DNA of 64,000 nucleotides from a virus (Duplodnaviria; Caudoviricetes): IMG/VR virus record IMGVR_UViG_3300042288_001626; one strand, 5' to 3'. Shown piece by piece: positions 9,578 to 20,779 of this stretch (position 1 is its first letter; each line of letters starts with the position of its first letter). The notes under the pieces were generated by a model. It saw only the letters and a program-made list of their open reading frames with translations, ran no database searches and was not told where the DNA came from. The position numbers and the translations under genes were made by a program.

Positions 9578-12500
9578 TTATACGATAAGATCTCCGCTCA
9601 GTACCCACACAGCAGGAGTTGTTGATACACAATGAAGCACAGCAGTCGAATACTGCTGGGCAAGTTTATATCTCCCTCCTGCAGAAACAACGCCGTTTGC
9701 CGAGGAGACAGTGTGAAGCGCACTCGCAGAACCATTAACTAGAATTATTTGCGTTCCTTGAGCAACATTTGTAGCTACAGGTGCGGTGATTGTGACTGCG
9801 CTTGTTCCTGTGTAGTATACTGTGTTGTTTGCATCTGTCGTCTGCAGTGCGTCGGTTGTGCCAGAACTTACTGTTCTGGTGCTCGGAGCACTATATGGGC
9901 CTGTACTTCCCTGAAGTCCTGTGGCTCCAAATACTCCTGTAGCTCCCACTAGTCCTGTTGCCCCTACCGCACCTGTGGCCCCTACTAGCCCGGTAGCACC
10001 CTGAAGTCCTGTAGCTCCTGCTGACCCGCCAGGTCCTGTAGATCCTTGAATTCCAGTTGCTCCAGTTAATCCGGTTGCTCCTTGAACTCCTGTGGCTCCA
10101 GAGCCTGTGGCTCCTTGCGGACCTGTGGCTCCTGTGGCTCCATTATTAGCTGTCTTTGCATTCACAATACTAGCCTCAATCGTTGTGGTAGTATTGGGAA
10201 TCATTGTCGCGTTCCCTGCTGCACTGTTGTACATAGAGAACATGTATCCAGAGTATTTTGTTCCTCTGTATACACTGACCAGGAAAGGGCCTCTGTATAA
10301 ATTTCCTTGATAGAAGGACAATGGACGAGCCAATACAGTAGGAGCTGTGACCGCTGTGTTGGCTCCTATGCTGAGAGTTGTGTTTGTTGTGTATGTCGAG
10401 GAACTAAAGCTTACTAGCAACCCTGCAGCTATATTCACATTATTGCTCGTGGTACATGTGACTGCATTATTCGTTACCGTGGCTCCTGCAGTCAAATTAA
10501 CCAAATTATTAACAGTATATGGTGCGCCTGTTCCTGAGACGATGAATGTGTTCGGAGGTATCCCTGCTCCTTGAATAAATGTGCCTGCAGGCAGAATATT
10601 GCCTCCAGTTGTTGAGAAAGAGGTCGTATTCGTTGCTGTTGCTGACACTGTGGTGCTCAGTGAATATGTAACAGCTGTGACTGTTGTTCCTGCTGGAATA
10701 CCTAATCCTTGAATTCCAACACCTACAGTGAGAGGAGTTCCACTGCAGTTATTCAAACTAAGTGAGTTTGTTGTGCTTGTTGTTGTAACAGTGCCGTAGA
10801 ACGTGTTGTTTGTGCTTGCGATGTATATGTTGTTTGCTCCTCCAACACCCAGAAGATATGAGTTGAGACTGAGAGGAGTTCCAGCTCCGTTACTCATGGT
10901 CAGTGTTGTGGTCGAGCTGGCAGCAGCAAGTCCTGTGTAGTTAGAGCCTGCACAAACAACCTTCCACAAACCTCTCTGTGCTGGAGTTGTTGTTTGTGCT
11001 CCCAGCAGAACCAAATCGTTAGCTAGTACCGTGTAGCCATCTATTACAAGAGGACCTGCTGCGGTATAAAGCTGATTTGCAGTTGTCGTAGCAGCAATAT
11101 TGGTTTCGCTATAGGCTGCAGCATAGTATAATGAAGCAGGAGAGAATCCTGTTGCTCCTGGGATAGTTCCTCCATAAGGAAGCTGTTCGCTAACAAGGTT
11201 AGTTCTAGCGACGTTATTTGTTACGTTGGAAAACGGGGTACTTCCTGTAACATAAAGCGTATTACTATCCCATTCTACAGCGTGAGCAGCTGGAGTCTGT
11301 AATAGCACGCCAGCCTGAAATCCAATAGGAGATCCTGTGGTAGAACCTGGAGCGAATGTCTGTCTTGCTATATATGTGTTGCCTGCAGTTGTGGTATTGG
11401 TTGATCTCTGCCCTATGACTACTGTGCTGATACCTGTATTACCCACAACAATGTCTGAGTTTACAGTAGCAGAATATACATTGTATATATAGTTTACTCT
11501 AGTTGATCCGAAGCGTACATAGGCCAAAACACCACTTCTGACTGTGCCTTTATACCACGGAGGTCTCTCAAACGTAGCAGGCGTTCCTGCTCCTCCAAGA
11601 GAAGTAATAATCCAAAAACCATTTTGAATATTGCTTGTCTGGGCAGTAAATAGAATGACAGAATTAACCGGCGGACTATACGCCGTATCAAAGGTGATCG
11701 GCGAGGCTAGATTGCCTGTGGCGTACGTGTCTCCTGTCATCACACCTGATAGGTTTCCTATCTGTGCGACGTTAACATAGTATATGGGACTGTTTAGGGC
11801 ATTTAATGCCTCATAAATTCCTGTTGCTCCTGTTCCTCCTGAACCTATGGATACAGGAAGAGTTACTCCTGGACCTGTAGCTCCCTGAGCTCCTGTAGCT
11901 CCCTGAGCTCCTGTAGCTCCAACCAATCCTCCAGACACAGGAGCAAAAAGAACAGCGTCATTGTTATTGAATTCGGCTGTTCCTCCGGTAAGGGTAACAG
12001 GAAGAAGTATATAATTATTATCAACTAGTGTAGGAGCAGCATTTACAGTCCATCTCTGAGACTTGCTAGAATCCGACTTTTGTTGAATCACAAAAACGTC
12101 GTCTTTCTTTAGCAGAGCCAAAAACATATCAATGTCGTTATTAGAGACATCTTTATGTGACACTAGTATGCTAGTAGCTGCAATTTGAGTGGCTGTGTTA
12201 TAATATATATGTCCTCCTGTGACACTAAATGTACCTACAGGGGTAGGAAAAACAGCGGTATCTATTTGATAGTTGTAAAAGCTTGTCGACTGGCCTGCAG
12301 GTCCCTGAGACCCAGTCGCTCCTTGTGCTCCAGTCGCTCCTTGTGCTCCAGTCGCTCCAGTTGCTCCTGCAGACCCGACGATGCTAAAAGTCCACGGAGT
12401 AAGCGTTCCTGTACCTGCCGCAACATCAACAGACAAAGTTAAAGCAGTTCCAGCGAAAGCCGTAATAGTGCCTTCCATGTAGTTTTCAGGAGAGGCTGTG

Positions 12501-13372
12501 TGTGCGGCACGAACACGACTTCCCACATTAAACGCGGTAGCTGACGATCCGAGACTTGTTGTAAACGCTTTGTTCCCTGTACCTATAGTGAGACTCGATG
12601 CTGAGGTTAGTCCTGCATGCCCTAGTCCGGTACTTCCTGTGCTTCCTTGTAGTCCTGTGGCTCCTTGCACTCCAGTAGCTCCAGAGCCAGTCGCTCCTTG
12701 AGGTCCAGTAGAACCTTGTATACCTGTGGCTCCTTGCACGCCAGTGCTTCCTGTGCTTCCTTGTAGCCCTGTGCTTCCCTGGAGTCCTGTGCTTCCCTGC
12801 GTTCCTGTAGCACCTTGCACTCCAGTGCTTCCTGTACTTCCCTGGAGTCCTGTACTTCCCTGCAGTCCTGTGCTTCCTTGCAGACCTGTGCTTCCTTGAA
12901 TCCCTGTACTTCCTGTTGATCCGGTTATTCCAGTACTTCCTGTGCTGCCTTGTAGTCCTGTACTTCCTTGCAGACCTGTGCTTCCGGTGCTTCCTTGCAC
13001 TCCAGTAGATCCTTGCACTCCAGTACTTCCAGTACTTCCTGTACTTCCTTGAATCCCTGTACTTCCTGTTGCTCCGTTAGGAGGTCCCTGGTCTCCTTTT
13101 TGCCCTGTAGCTCCAGTTACACCGGTACTTCCCTGAAGTCCGGTAGCTCCCTGAATCCCTGTTGCTCCAGTGCTTCCTTGCCTCCCAGCTCCTGCTCCAG
13201 GAGTCCAGCTAGCTCCATCCCAGGTCATTGCCTGACCAGGAGAAGGACTCACATCAGCAAGCGGTCTTCCTTGAATTTTAACAACTTTTGTGGACGTTCC
13301 ATCTGAAGCGGCAACCACATCGCCGATTAGATCAAGCATTCCTGCGTCTGGCTTGTTAAATGGAGTACTCAT
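9578..13372 (-). CDS. Collagen-like tail fibre protein
   Basis: Several G-X-T/G-X-Q triplet blocks (GATG, GSTG) separated by beta-rich fibre domains, e.g. [16 protein letters not shown]. Confidence 0.8.
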   Translation of the reverse strand: MSTPFNKPDAGMLDLIGDVVAASDGTSTKVVKIQGRPLADVSPSPGQAMTWDGASWTPGAGAGRQGSTGATGIQGATGLQGSTGVTGATGQKGDQGPPNGATGSTGIQGSTGSTGSTGVQGSTGVQGSTGSTGLQGSTGLQGSTGSTGITGSTGSTGIQGSTGLQGSTGLQGSTGLQGSTGSTGVQGATGTQGSTGLQGSTGLQGSTGSTGVQGATGIQGSTGPQGATGSGATGVQGATGLQGSTGSTGLGHAGLTSASSLTIGTGNKAFTTSLGSSATAFNVGSRVRAAHTASPENYMEGTITAFAGTALTLSVDVAAGTGTLTPWTFSIVGSAGATGATGAQGATGAQGATGSQGPAGQSTSFYNYQIDTAVFPTPVGTFSVTGGHIYYNTATQIAATSILVSHKDVSNNDIDMFLALLKKDDVFVIQQKSDSSKSQRWTVNAAPTLVDNNYILLPVTLTGGTAEFNNNDAVLFAPVSGGLVGATGAQGATGAQGATGPGVTLPVSIGSGGTGATGIYEALNALNSPIYYVNVAQIGNLSGVMTGDTYATGNLASPITFDTAYSPPVNSVILFTAQTSNIQNGFWIITSLGGAGTPATFERPPWYKGTVRSGVLAYVRFGSTRVNYIYNVYSATVNSDIVVGNTGISTVVIGQRSTNTTTAGNTYIARQTFAPGSTTGSPIGFQAGVLLQTPAAHAVEWDSNTLYVTGSTPFSNVTNNVARTNLVSEQLPYGGTIPGATGFSPASLYYAAAYSETNIAATTTANQLYTAAGPLVIDGYTVLANDLVLLGAQTTTPAQRGLWKVVCAGSNYTGLAAASSTTTLTMSNGAGTPLSLNSYLLGVGGANNIYIASTNNTFYGTVTTTSTTNSLSLNNCSGTPLTVGVGIQGLGIPAGTTVTAVTYSLSTTVSATATNTTSFSTTGGNILPAGTFIQGAGIPPNTFIVSGTGAPYTVNNLVNLTAGATVTNNAVTCTTSNNVNIAAGLLVSFSSSTYTTNTTLSIGANTAVTAPTVLARPLSFYQGNLYRGPFLVSVYRGTKYSGYMFSMYNSAAGNATMIPNTTTTIEASIVNAKTANNGATGATGPQGATGSGATGVQGATGLTGATGIQGSTGPGGSAGATGLQGATGLVGATGAVGATGLVGATGVFGATGLQGSTGPYSAPSTRTVSSGTTDALQTTDANNTVYYTGTSAVTITAPVATNVAQGTQIILVNGSASALHTVSSANGVVSAGGRYKLAQQYSTAVLHCVSTTPAVWVLSGDLIV

Positions 13373-13405
13373 GAAGGATATATTAACTAGTTAAATTTAT
13401 TAAAG

Positions 13406-15619
13406 CTACACATAATTTATATGGTTAGCTACCAGGGAAAACTCTCCTGATGTGTTTTTAATTATTGTAAACGCATAAAAGTCTATGCCTGCCATACTGC
13501 CTGTTGGATTTGCTCCGTTAGGCCATAAAGGATTAGCAACGCTTCCATTTATAGATATGCTGTCGAACACAGTTGTTCCTGTACTTACATCAGCAAAAAC
13601 AAAAAGAGAAAAACTCACAACTTGGTTCGCATTTAGTCCTGTAGGTGTGGTCACATTTAATGTGTAGGCGGTGTTTACGGCCTGCAGACTAAATATCTGT
13701 GATGAGTTAAGATTCAAAGAGACCACCCCTCTGGCTACCCCTACAGTGGGTCCTGCACTATTAGGAGCAGTGCTAGAAAGAACTTCATACACAGGAGGAT
13801 TTAGCAAGCCTGAGAAAGATGCTGAACCTCCAGCAACTCCACCAATCAGAGCTCTGACAGAAATAACACTGTTATTTAAAGGCACCGAAGACAGGGTTAT
13901 TTGTCCTTTTGTAGGAAGCGTAGGATGCTGAATTACAGTAAAATTCAATCCAGGAATCTGATCTATTCCATCAATACTTACGAAATAGTTTGCCGGATCT
14001 GTTCCATTAAATCCGTCGAATGTAAACGCTGATTGAAATCCATTACCTGTAATCTGAGTATTTACTGAGCCTGCTACAGCTGTAATGGAAATATACCCAG
14101 TGGCTCCCGTAGCTCCTGTTGGACCGCCTGCGGGTCCTGTGGCTCCTATTGGACCTGTACTGCCTGTAGCACCAACTCCAGTGGCTCCTGTAGATCCATG
14201 AGTTCCGGTAGCTCCCTGAATCCCTGTTGCCCCTGTAGCTCCTTCAGATCCTGTAGACCCTTGCGTCCCGGTACTTCCTTGTGATCCGGTTGCTCCGGTG
14301 CTTCCTTGAATTCCGGTAGCTCCCTGAGATCCTGTAGCTCCTTCAGATCCTGTAGACCCTTGAGCTCCTGTGCTTCCTGTGCTTCCTTGTGATCCAGTTG
14401 CTCCAGTACTTCCTTGAGTTCCAGTAGCACCTGTTTCGCCTGTGGCTCCCTGAGATCCAGTGCTTCCTTGTGACCCGGTTGCTCCAGTACTTCCTTGAGT
14501 TCCAGTAGCACCTGCAGCTCCTGTTGCGCCCGCACCTCCTGATCCTCCTTGAATTCCTTGAACTCCTGTCGCGCCTTGAGGACCTGTAGCTCCTGTAGCT
14601 CCTGCCCCAGTTGCGCCCTGTGTTCCGGTGGCCCCTTGAATACCAGTTGCTCCTGTTGCGCCAGCACCTGTAGCTCCCTCAGGACCAGTCGATCCTTGTA
14701 TACCTGTAGCTCCTTGAACTCCTGTTGCGCCTGTTGCACCAGCACCTGTGGCTCCCTCAGGACCAGTAGCTCCCTGAATCCCTGTTGCTCCTGTAGGACC
14801 AGTAGCGCCTCCGCCAGGACCAGTAGCACCTTGAATACCAGTCGCTCCTGTGGCTCCACCTGCATCACCACGATCTCCCTTCGATCCTGTGGCTCCCGTC
14901 AATCCTGTTGCACCTGTTTCTCCTGTAGCCCCTGTGGCTCCAAACCCTGTTGCACCTGTAGAACCTTGATTCCCGGTACTACCTGTACTGCCTTGAATCC
15001 CTGTGCTTCCCTGAAGTCCAGTAGCTCCGGTACTGCCTGCCAATCCTGTGGCTCCTGCTGTTCCAGTGCTTCCTACTAGCCCTGTAGCTCCGGTACTTCC
15101 TCCAGTTCCTGCTGTGCCAGTTGCTCCGGTTAATCCGGTTGCCCCTGTGCTTCCTGCTAATCCGGTACTGCCTGTGGCTCCCTGGGCTCCTGTACTTCCT
15201 GTACTTCCTGTTGATCCAGTTATTCCTGTACTGCCTGTGCTGCCTTGAGGTCCTGTACTTCCTTGTCGTCCGGTTGCTCCGGTTGCTCCTGTAAACCCTG
15301 CAAGTCCTGTCGCTCCTGTCGCACCGTTTCCTCCACCTCCACCGCTACCTGTACCTGTTACAACAAGATTTGATATATCTAGCAGGTTTTTCCAGACAAT
15401 ATCATTTGTCGTATACTTCCACTGAATTGATGTTCCGTTGTTTCTTAGAGTGATCTCTCGACCGTCTTTTCCTGTACCTATAGCTCCGGCAATAGCCTGC
15501 TTCAACAAACCGAAGTCGACCTTTTTGGTTCTGCCGTTCTGCTCTAATATGAGCAGGTCAGGATTATTTACCACTGTCGCGGCAATAAGGTCAGCAATTT
15601 TCTCAGTAAGAACAACCAT
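13406..15619 (-). CDS. Collagen-like tail fibre protein
   Basis: Roughly 400 residues of near-continuous GAT/GST/GxQ triplets followed by globular fibre-tip-like domains. Confidence 0.8.
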   Translation of the reverse strand: MVVLTEKIADLIAATVVNNPDLLILEQNGRTKKVDFGLLKQAIAGAIGTGKDGREITLRNNGTSIQWKYTTNDIVWKNLLDISNLVVTGTGSGGGGGNGATGATGLAGFTGATGATGRQGSTGPQGSTGSTGITGSTGSTGSTGAQGATGSTGLAGSTGATGLTGATGTAGTGGSTGATGLVGSTGTAGATGLAGSTGATGLQGSTGIQGSTGSTGNQGSTGATGFGATGATGETGATGLTGATGSKGDRGDAGGATGATGIQGATGPGGGATGPTGATGIQGATGPEGATGAGATGATGVQGATGIQGSTGPEGATGAGATGATGIQGATGTQGATGAGATGATGPQGATGVQGIQGGSGGAGATGAAGATGTQGSTGATGSQGSTGSQGATGETGATGTQGSTGATGSQGSTGSTGAQGSTGSEGATGSQGATGIQGSTGATGSQGSTGTQGSTGSEGATGATGIQGATGTHGSTGATGVGATGSTGPIGATGPAGGPTGATGATGYISITAVAGSVNTQITGNGFQSAFTFDGFNGTDPANYFVSIDGIDQIPGLNFTVIQHPTLPTKGQITLSSVPLNNSVISVRALIGGVAGGSASFSGLLNPPVYEVLSSTAPNSAGPTVGVARGVVSLNLNSSQIFSLQAVNTAYTLNVTTPTGLNANQVVSFSLFVFADVSTGTTVFDSISINGSVANPLWPNGANPTGSMAGIDFYAFTIIKNTSGEFSLVANHINYV

Positions 15620-15688
15620 AAATAATAACTATATGTTACTGTAGCCAGCAATAAATTTCAACCTTATTCAAAAGCAAACTATATAAGG

Positions 15689-16681
15689 CTAAAACCCATC
15701 ATACAGTGTTTTCCATTTATTTAAAACACTGTTTTCTAGATTAGCTGTGATATCTTTAAAATATGGAGCTAATTTGTCTCTATCTATACTCTTTACTATT
15801 TCTGGAATATCTTCTTCAGATTCAAAATAGAATCTCACACTCTTGTGTTCTGGATTGTACCATTCGCAGAGCTTAGCAAGATCTTCTGTAAGCATGCTTC
15901 CTCCTCCATGCCCTGTTAGATTGAATAGATAGTCTCCTTTGCTCAGCTCGAGAAGTCTCGAGATGGACGGAAGCACAACAGGAATACCTGCATGCAACGA
16001 TTCAAAGACAAACAGCTTAGACATTGCATCAGGCTGAGTAATATAGGCCTTGAAGCCAGAGAGCTCGGCTACATTCTTAAACTTTCCGTGATATACGCTG
16101 AGTTCTTTCGCTTTTAAACTTTGTCCAAGCAGAACATCGTTTCTATACCCTGGTACGATCATCTCTTTCTGCTCACTCTCAGCCTCTTTCCAGGAATGGC
16201 AAGGACTCTCTCCCTCTGGAATAGTGTCTCCCAAAGCTTTTCCTAATGGAGTAATTACAGGAGCAGACAGAACATCAATGCCTCGCTTCAAACACCATAT
16301 CTTTTCCCAGAAAGTGTAGCATGCTACTCTTACTTGAGGATGGTCCTTGTATCTGTTGAACAGTTCATAGAACTCAGGCTCGTGCCACATAGCATAGTCG
16401 AACCTGTTGCATATCCAGATAACGAGCTTTGATTTAAACTCATCCATGTGCTGCAGAATACATCTGGTGATTGCAGATGTATCTGACACAAGCACGTAGT
16501 CGTGAGAGTTGATAAGCTCTCTGTGCTGATTCCAGAAAGTTGATGCTATGTCTCTCGATACCGTATAGGCTCCAGGATAGAATGGGAGGTTCGTTACCTG
16601 AAATCCCAGAATGTTAAGTATGCTGTACTGATCTTTAAAGCAGCCAGAATGGAAGGAAATGTGTAGAACTTTCATATTCAC
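15689..16681 (-). CDS. Putative GT-B-like glycosyltransferase
   Basis: N-terminal MKVLHISFH and late FVFESLHAGIPVVLP resemble GT-B elements; weak match. Confidence 0.4.
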   Translation of the reverse strand: MNMKVLHISFHSGCFKDQYSILNILGFQVTNLPFYPGAYTVSRDIASTFWNQHRELINSHDYVLVSDTSAITRCILQHMDEFKSKLVIWICNRFDYAMWHEPEFYELFNRYKDHPQVRVACYTFWEKIWCLKRGIDVLSAPVITPLGKALGDTIPEGESPCHSWKEAESEQKEMIVPGYRNDVLLGQSLKAKELSVYHGKFKNVAELSGFKAYITQPDAMSKLFVFESLHAGIPVVLPSISRLLELSKGDYLFNLTGHGGGSMLTEDLAKLCEWYNPEHKSVRFYFESEEDIPEIVKSIDRDKLAPYFKDITANLENSVLNKWKTLYDGF

Positions 16682-16707
16682 TGAATCTACAGTGATATTC
16701 CTTCTTG

Positions 16708-17289
16708 TTACAATACAAAACGAGCCAGTCCTATTTTAGTTTTTTCTAGTTTCGAGTAGTAGTCTTCGTGCTCTTCGAGATGATCTTTCGCTATCTCTTT
16801 AGCCAGCCTAGCGTTTGTTGTATGCTCTTTCTCGTGCTCCTGCCCTTTTCGAAGTTCTTTTTTGTCGTATTCGCTGTCAGGCAGCTCGTCAGCCATGCCT
16901 CCAGAAAGCAGCTCTAGAGCTATCTTTAATGTGGGTGTTCGATGCTTCGGTATCTTGAATGTATCGTCTTTTGGAACACTAGGCTTATTCTCTTTCAGTC
17001 TCTTGTCTGTCAGTGGTTTTTCTTTAGCTGTATAGAGGTGATTAAAGTCAGCTGTCGGATCTGCGGCCAGTTTCTGCAATCCTAGCAATATAGAGGCAGC
17101 AAAACTATTTCCTGCCTCTCCCTTCTTCTCTGGAAGTTTAGAATGCTTTGTGGCTGCAAAGTCATGAAGCTGCTTCTCAGACATGCTGGAAGCAAGCTCA
17201 TGTATTTTTTTGTCATAGCTGCCTTTGCCTCTTTTTGCACTAAGCGCCATACCAAACAGTCTTTGTTGTGCTTCGCTTTTAGCAGGCAT
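16708..17289 (-). CDS. DUF3008-like plus DUF5661-like fusion protein (probable virion-internal protein)
   Basis: N-terminal MPAKSEAQQRLFGMALSAKRG; C-terminal ELRKGQEHEKEHTT...AKEIAKDHLEEHEDYYSKL. Confidence 0.6.
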   Translation of the reverse strand: MPAKSEAQQRLFGMALSAKRGKGSYDKKIHELASSMSEKQLHDFAATKHSKLPEKKGEAGNSFAASILLGLQKLAADPTADFNHLYTAKEKPLTDKRLKENKPSVPKDDTFKIPKHRTPTLKIALELLSGGMADELPDSEYDKKELRKGQEHEKEHTTNARLAKEIAKDHLEEHEDYYSKLEKTKIGLARFVL

Positions 17290-17290
17290 A

Positions 17291-19780
17291 TTATCGAATA
17301 TTGTTGTATCCTTTATCTGCCCAGATTTGCTGCTTAGTCATACCTGGGTTGTTCCTCAACAATTGGTCAATATACTGTTTCTTTCTTTGATCTAGTGGCG
17401 AACGCTGATTATAGCTTCCCATAATTCCTCTATAATCTGCAGACGGAGCCGCAGGTGTTACAGGCTGACCAGGAGCAGGCATAGAAGGAGGTCTTACTGC
17501 AGGTTGCTGTTGTTGTGGCTGCTGCGCTTGAGGTTGAGGCGCATTCTGGAGCTGAACTGCTGGTGTTGTCCGGAAGTTAGCAACAGGAGGATTAGGCCCT
17601 TGTCCTTTAGGTACAGGCGATGGAGCAGCTGTCTGAGGTTGCTGAGGATTTACCTGATTATACGCATTATATGCTGCCATACTTAACCAGCTAGGGTCTG
17701 CATTTGCCGCTAGTTGAGGATTGCCTGCATATCCTTGCTGCTGCGCTTGCTGAACAAACGCCTGGTTCATCGGAGAGCCTGCAACAGCCAGATCAGGATA
17801 TTGCTGAGCGAGCCTAGCCTGCTCATTCTGATAGGTAGTCATGTTAGCTTTGTTCTGATCTGCTTGAACCTGGTCACCAAGCAGAGAAGAAGCATATCCA
17901 GGGTTACTTCTCCAAATGTGCTCCCTCATCATAGGAGGGATTTCATTATATCCAGGAGTTCTAGCTTGTGTACCAGCAGCAGGTCTTTGAGGAGCCGCTG
18001 GAGGCTGAGGACGAGCCACAGGTTGCACTGGAGTCGGGCGGACCTCAGGCTGGTCAATTATTTCAGGAGCACCTACAGGAACAGGAGTTCCTTTTGCTTT
18101 GAAGTATGCATTTCTGTCTGCATTGCTTGCCCAGCCTATGCCTGCATCCATATCCTTCTGATATTGATTTTGTCTGTTTTTCTGGGAAGGAGCAAACTGC
18201 CTCGTCAACCAATTGGCTTCTTTGGCGAGATACTCTTCCACAAAAGCCACGCCGGCATGCTTTGTTTGCCCTTCAAGAGCCTTACGCTCTTGTCTTTTTC
18301 TCACCATTTTAGCGACCTGCGCCAGCAAAAACGCCCCAGCACTAGCTCCTCCTAGAGCAGCAAGTGTTTTGATATTTTTGATCTTATTGTTCTTAACATC
18401 TTCTCGAATAGTTTTACCTATCTGAGAGAAATCAGACTCGTAGCCTGTTGTTCTGCCTGGAGCGTGAGGAACTCCTTCGCTCATGATCTTGGCAAGAGCC
18501 TCACCCCTATTCTCTCCCATAGTATCCCATGTATGAGCTCCTGGAAATTTACGAACAGTCTCTTCAGCATTAACAGGAAAATGCTTCATATAACCTTCAG
18601 GCTTATCGTTAGGCAGAACATTAATCATTCTTGGTACATGTTCTCCTGGCATACGCATCACTTCAGCCACTGTGCTTCCTGGTGTAGCAAAAACGTAATG
18701 AGCATCAGCAAAAGCCCCTGGCATATCGTCGATATGATCAAGCACCTGAAGTCCTTTGAATCTCCTTTGTCCTTCTGGGTCTTCTGTAACATACTTCCTG
18801 AGTTTCTCGATAAACTCTTTGTTGTCAGGCCATGTATTCGCTTTACCTAGTCCGGTAAGGAATTTGAGATTCACATTGTCTTCGCCATGAGTCTTTCTGA
18901 GATTCTCCATAATGTCATCAAGGAAGAATCTCTTGCTAACGTCATAATCACGCCATTGCTGTCCCTTGAGTCTCTCTTCAAGATTATATACTCCAGGACG
19001 ATCTGCTCCTGGAAGAAGTCCGGCATGCTCTTTAGGAAGCTCGTCAAACACCTGAGGCATCGCGTTACCTCCACCAGTAGTAAGCACAGCATTGATCTTT
19101 GCTCCAGGACTCCAGTCTTTCTCTTTAAACGGAGTCTGACCAAACACATCTCTCGTAGGAATGTTACCTGTCATTACTGTAGGAAGCTTACCCTGGTATT
19201 GTTCAGGCATAGGTATGCTAGGATCTCCTGGTGTAAAGAACCTATCGTAGCTCTTTGGGTCCTCACGCACAGCCATCCTGTCTCCTCCTACAGTCTCGAT
19301 GATCTTTCTCTTCAGTTTGTCTGAAGAAGACTCACTTTCACCTCCATGATAGAGAAGCTTGGGACTGATAAAGTTGCCTTCTCTAAAGTCACTGTTGATT
19401 CTGTATTTAACCTTTCCTATGTCTGCCAGATCTTTACCTGGAAACGAGTTATGTCCTACATAAATAGAAGCATCGGAGCCTGGAGCATCGAGCAATCGTC
19501 GAAATCCTCCCAGACGCTCTTTGTCTGCTGTGCTTGTCCAAGAGTATGGAGTGGCTTCGATACCTTCAGCCTTCAGCATAGATTCTAGCCCTTTAGCTTG
19601 ATTACCAAAAGATCCTTCTGCTCCGCTCATTACCTGTACTCTAGGAGCAGCCTCTGTATCTAATCCTCTTGTTCCGCCTCCTTGAATAAACCTATAGCCG
19701 CCAGCAAGACCAAGTCCGCTGCCAACATAATTAAGATATGTTTCCAGTTTGTGATCATTTTGTTTTTTTTCAGTACTCAT
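17291..19780 (-). CDS. Modular protein: GT28/MGDG-synthase-like domain flanked by hydrophobic Gly-rich segments, with a Pro/Gln-rich tail
   Basis: VLTTGGGN, FLTGLG and DHIDDMPGAFADAHYVFATPGSTVAEV resemble the GT28 C-terminal domain; KHAG/KEAN at the domain boundary. Confidence 0.45.
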   Translation of the reverse strand: MSTEKKQNDHKLETYLNYVGSGLGLAGGYRFIQGGGTRGLDTEAAPRVQVMSGAEGSFGNQAKGLESMLKAEGIEATPYSWTSTADKERLGGFRRLLDAPGSDASIYVGHNSFPGKDLADIGKVKYRINSDFREGNFISPKLLYHGGESESSSDKLKRKIIETVGGDRMAVREDPKSYDRFFTPGDPSIPMPEQYQGKLPTVMTGNIPTRDVFGQTPFKEKDWSPGAKINAVLTTGGGNAMPQVFDELPKEHAGLLPGADRPGVYNLEERLKGQQWRDYDVSKRFFLDDIMENLRKTHGEDNVNLKFLTGLGKANTWPDNKEFIEKLRKYVTEDPEGQRRFKGLQVLDHIDDMPGAFADAHYVFATPGSTVAEVMRMPGEHVPRMINVLPNDKPEGYMKHFPVNAEETVRKFPGAHTWDTMGENRGEALAKIMSEGVPHAPGRTTGYESDFSQIGKTIREDVKNNKIKNIKTLAALGGASAGAFLLAQVAKMVRKRQERKALEGQTKHAGVAFVEEYLAKEANWLTRQFAPSQKNRQNQYQKDMDAGIGWASNADRNAYFKAKGTPVPVGAPEIIDQPEVRPTPVQPVARPQPPAAPQRPAAGTQARTPGYNEIPPMMREHIWRSNPGYASSLLGDQVQADQNKANMTTYQNEQARLAQQYPDLAVAGSPMNQAFVQQAQQQGYAGNPQLAANADPSWLSMAAYNAYNQVNPQQPQTAAPSPVPKGQGPNPPVANFRTTPAVQLQNAPQPQAQQPQQQQPAVRPPSMPAPGQPVTPAAPSADYRGIMGSYNQRSPLDQRKKQYIDQLLRNNPGMTKQQIWADKGYNNIR

Positions 19781-19797
19781 GGTTAAATTGATTAGGC

Positions 19798-20658
19798 TTA
19801 AGAATGACTTTTCTCTTTTTTATTATCATATATATGCTTCGCAGCGCCCACACCAGTCAATCCTGCTCCTGCAGCAGTCATTCCAAGTCCAGCGAGACCT
19901 GCCTTACCATACATTGCTCCCACCCCTGCTTTTTGTGCCTGCATGGTTTTTAAGATATGAAGAATGTCCTCATCTTTGGTGTTTCTAATATTGGCAAGCA
20001 CATCACCCTCCTGCTCTACAAGAGCTTTAAATTTTTCTGCGCGCCTCTCAAACTCCTGCATTTTCTTTGATGTTCTATGATCTTTGCCGGGCATCTTTTC
20101 CACATACTTGCCATCGTGCATAATATGTTTACCTTTAGCGCCTGGCTCTTTGGCATAAGTCATGTTTTCAAGATTATGCGCACGCATTTCATCGAGCCAC
20201 TTTAACAATCCTTCACGCTCGGGACCTGTAAACTTGTCGTAATGATCTATGGCTTCTCGTTTGGCTGCCTCTAGAGTAGGATAGGTTGGAGTTGTTTTTG
20301 CCTGACTTTTTGCAAACGCTTTAAACCCTTCCTTGTATGGAGTGTTTCCAAGCCCATGGCCGCTTTCAATATAGTCTGCCACAAACTCAGCAGGCATATA
20401 TTTTCTTCCAAAGTGTCTCGCTAGAAAACCTTCCGTCCCTTCTATAATAGCCTCAGTTTCAGGATTTCTCTTCACATTCATTCTAGGATCCATCAACTGC
20501 TTCAGAGCCATTTTGCTGGCAGGGATACTACCGGGAAGACTAAGTGCTCCCAGAGCAGCCAATGGTATACCTGCAATAAGAAACGGGTTAGTCTTTTTCC
20601 CTCCGGTTTCTTCTTCGGTTTTGGCGATTTTTTCTAACAGCTTAATGGCTTTACTCAT
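19798..20658 (-). CDS. Hypothetical protein with N-terminal hydrophobic helix and C-terminal Gly zipper
   Basis: LLEKIA at residues 7-12; FLIAGIPLAALGAL; AGLAGLGMTAAGAGLTGVGAA. Confidence 0.65.
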   Translation of the reverse strand: MSKAIKLLEKIAKTEEETGGKKTNPFLIAGIPLAALGALSLPGSIPASKMALKQLMDPRMNVKRNPETEAIIEGTEGFLARHFGRKYMPAEFVADYIESGHGLGNTPYKEGFKAFAKSQAKTTPTYPTLEAAKREAIDHYDKFTGPEREGLLKWLDEMRAHNLENMTYAKEPGAKGKHIMHDGKYVEKMPGKDHRTSKKMQEFERRAEKFKALVEQEGDVLANIRNTKDEDILHILKTMQAQKAGVGAMYGKAGLAGLGMTAAGAGLTGVGAAKHIYDNKKEKSHS

Positions 20659-20720
20659 ATATTTGCACGGATTTGTTTATTACATTATATGTTGTAGTTT
20701 AAATTAACTCAACTCAGATT

Positions 20721-20754
20721 AAAAGAAAAGCCTGCGCAAAGGCAGGCTCTTTCT
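20721..20754 (-). terminator. Rho-independent terminator (possibly bidirectional)
   Basis: agcctgc-6 nt-gcaggct stem flanked by aaaagaaa and ctttct. Confidence 0.7.
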
Positions 20755-20779
20755 AGGTTTAATATGGTGTTTTTAGCTG

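Noticed and set aside
14146-14871. 241-aa ORF with QELQELQV repeats, plus other alternative-frame and antisense ORFs over the collagen and FN3 genes
   Set aside because: These are shadow frames produced by the G-X-T triplet periodicity; they lie wholly inside longer coherent genes.
9890-15330. Tandem short repeats as a possible CRISPR array or VNTR
   Set aside because: The repeats are degenerate 9/18-nt coding units in frame with the collagen ORFs; there is no constant repeat-spacer structure.
4642-15619. Diversity-generating retroelement acting on fibre tips
   Set aside because: No reverse transcriptase and no template/variable repeat pair were noticed in the window.
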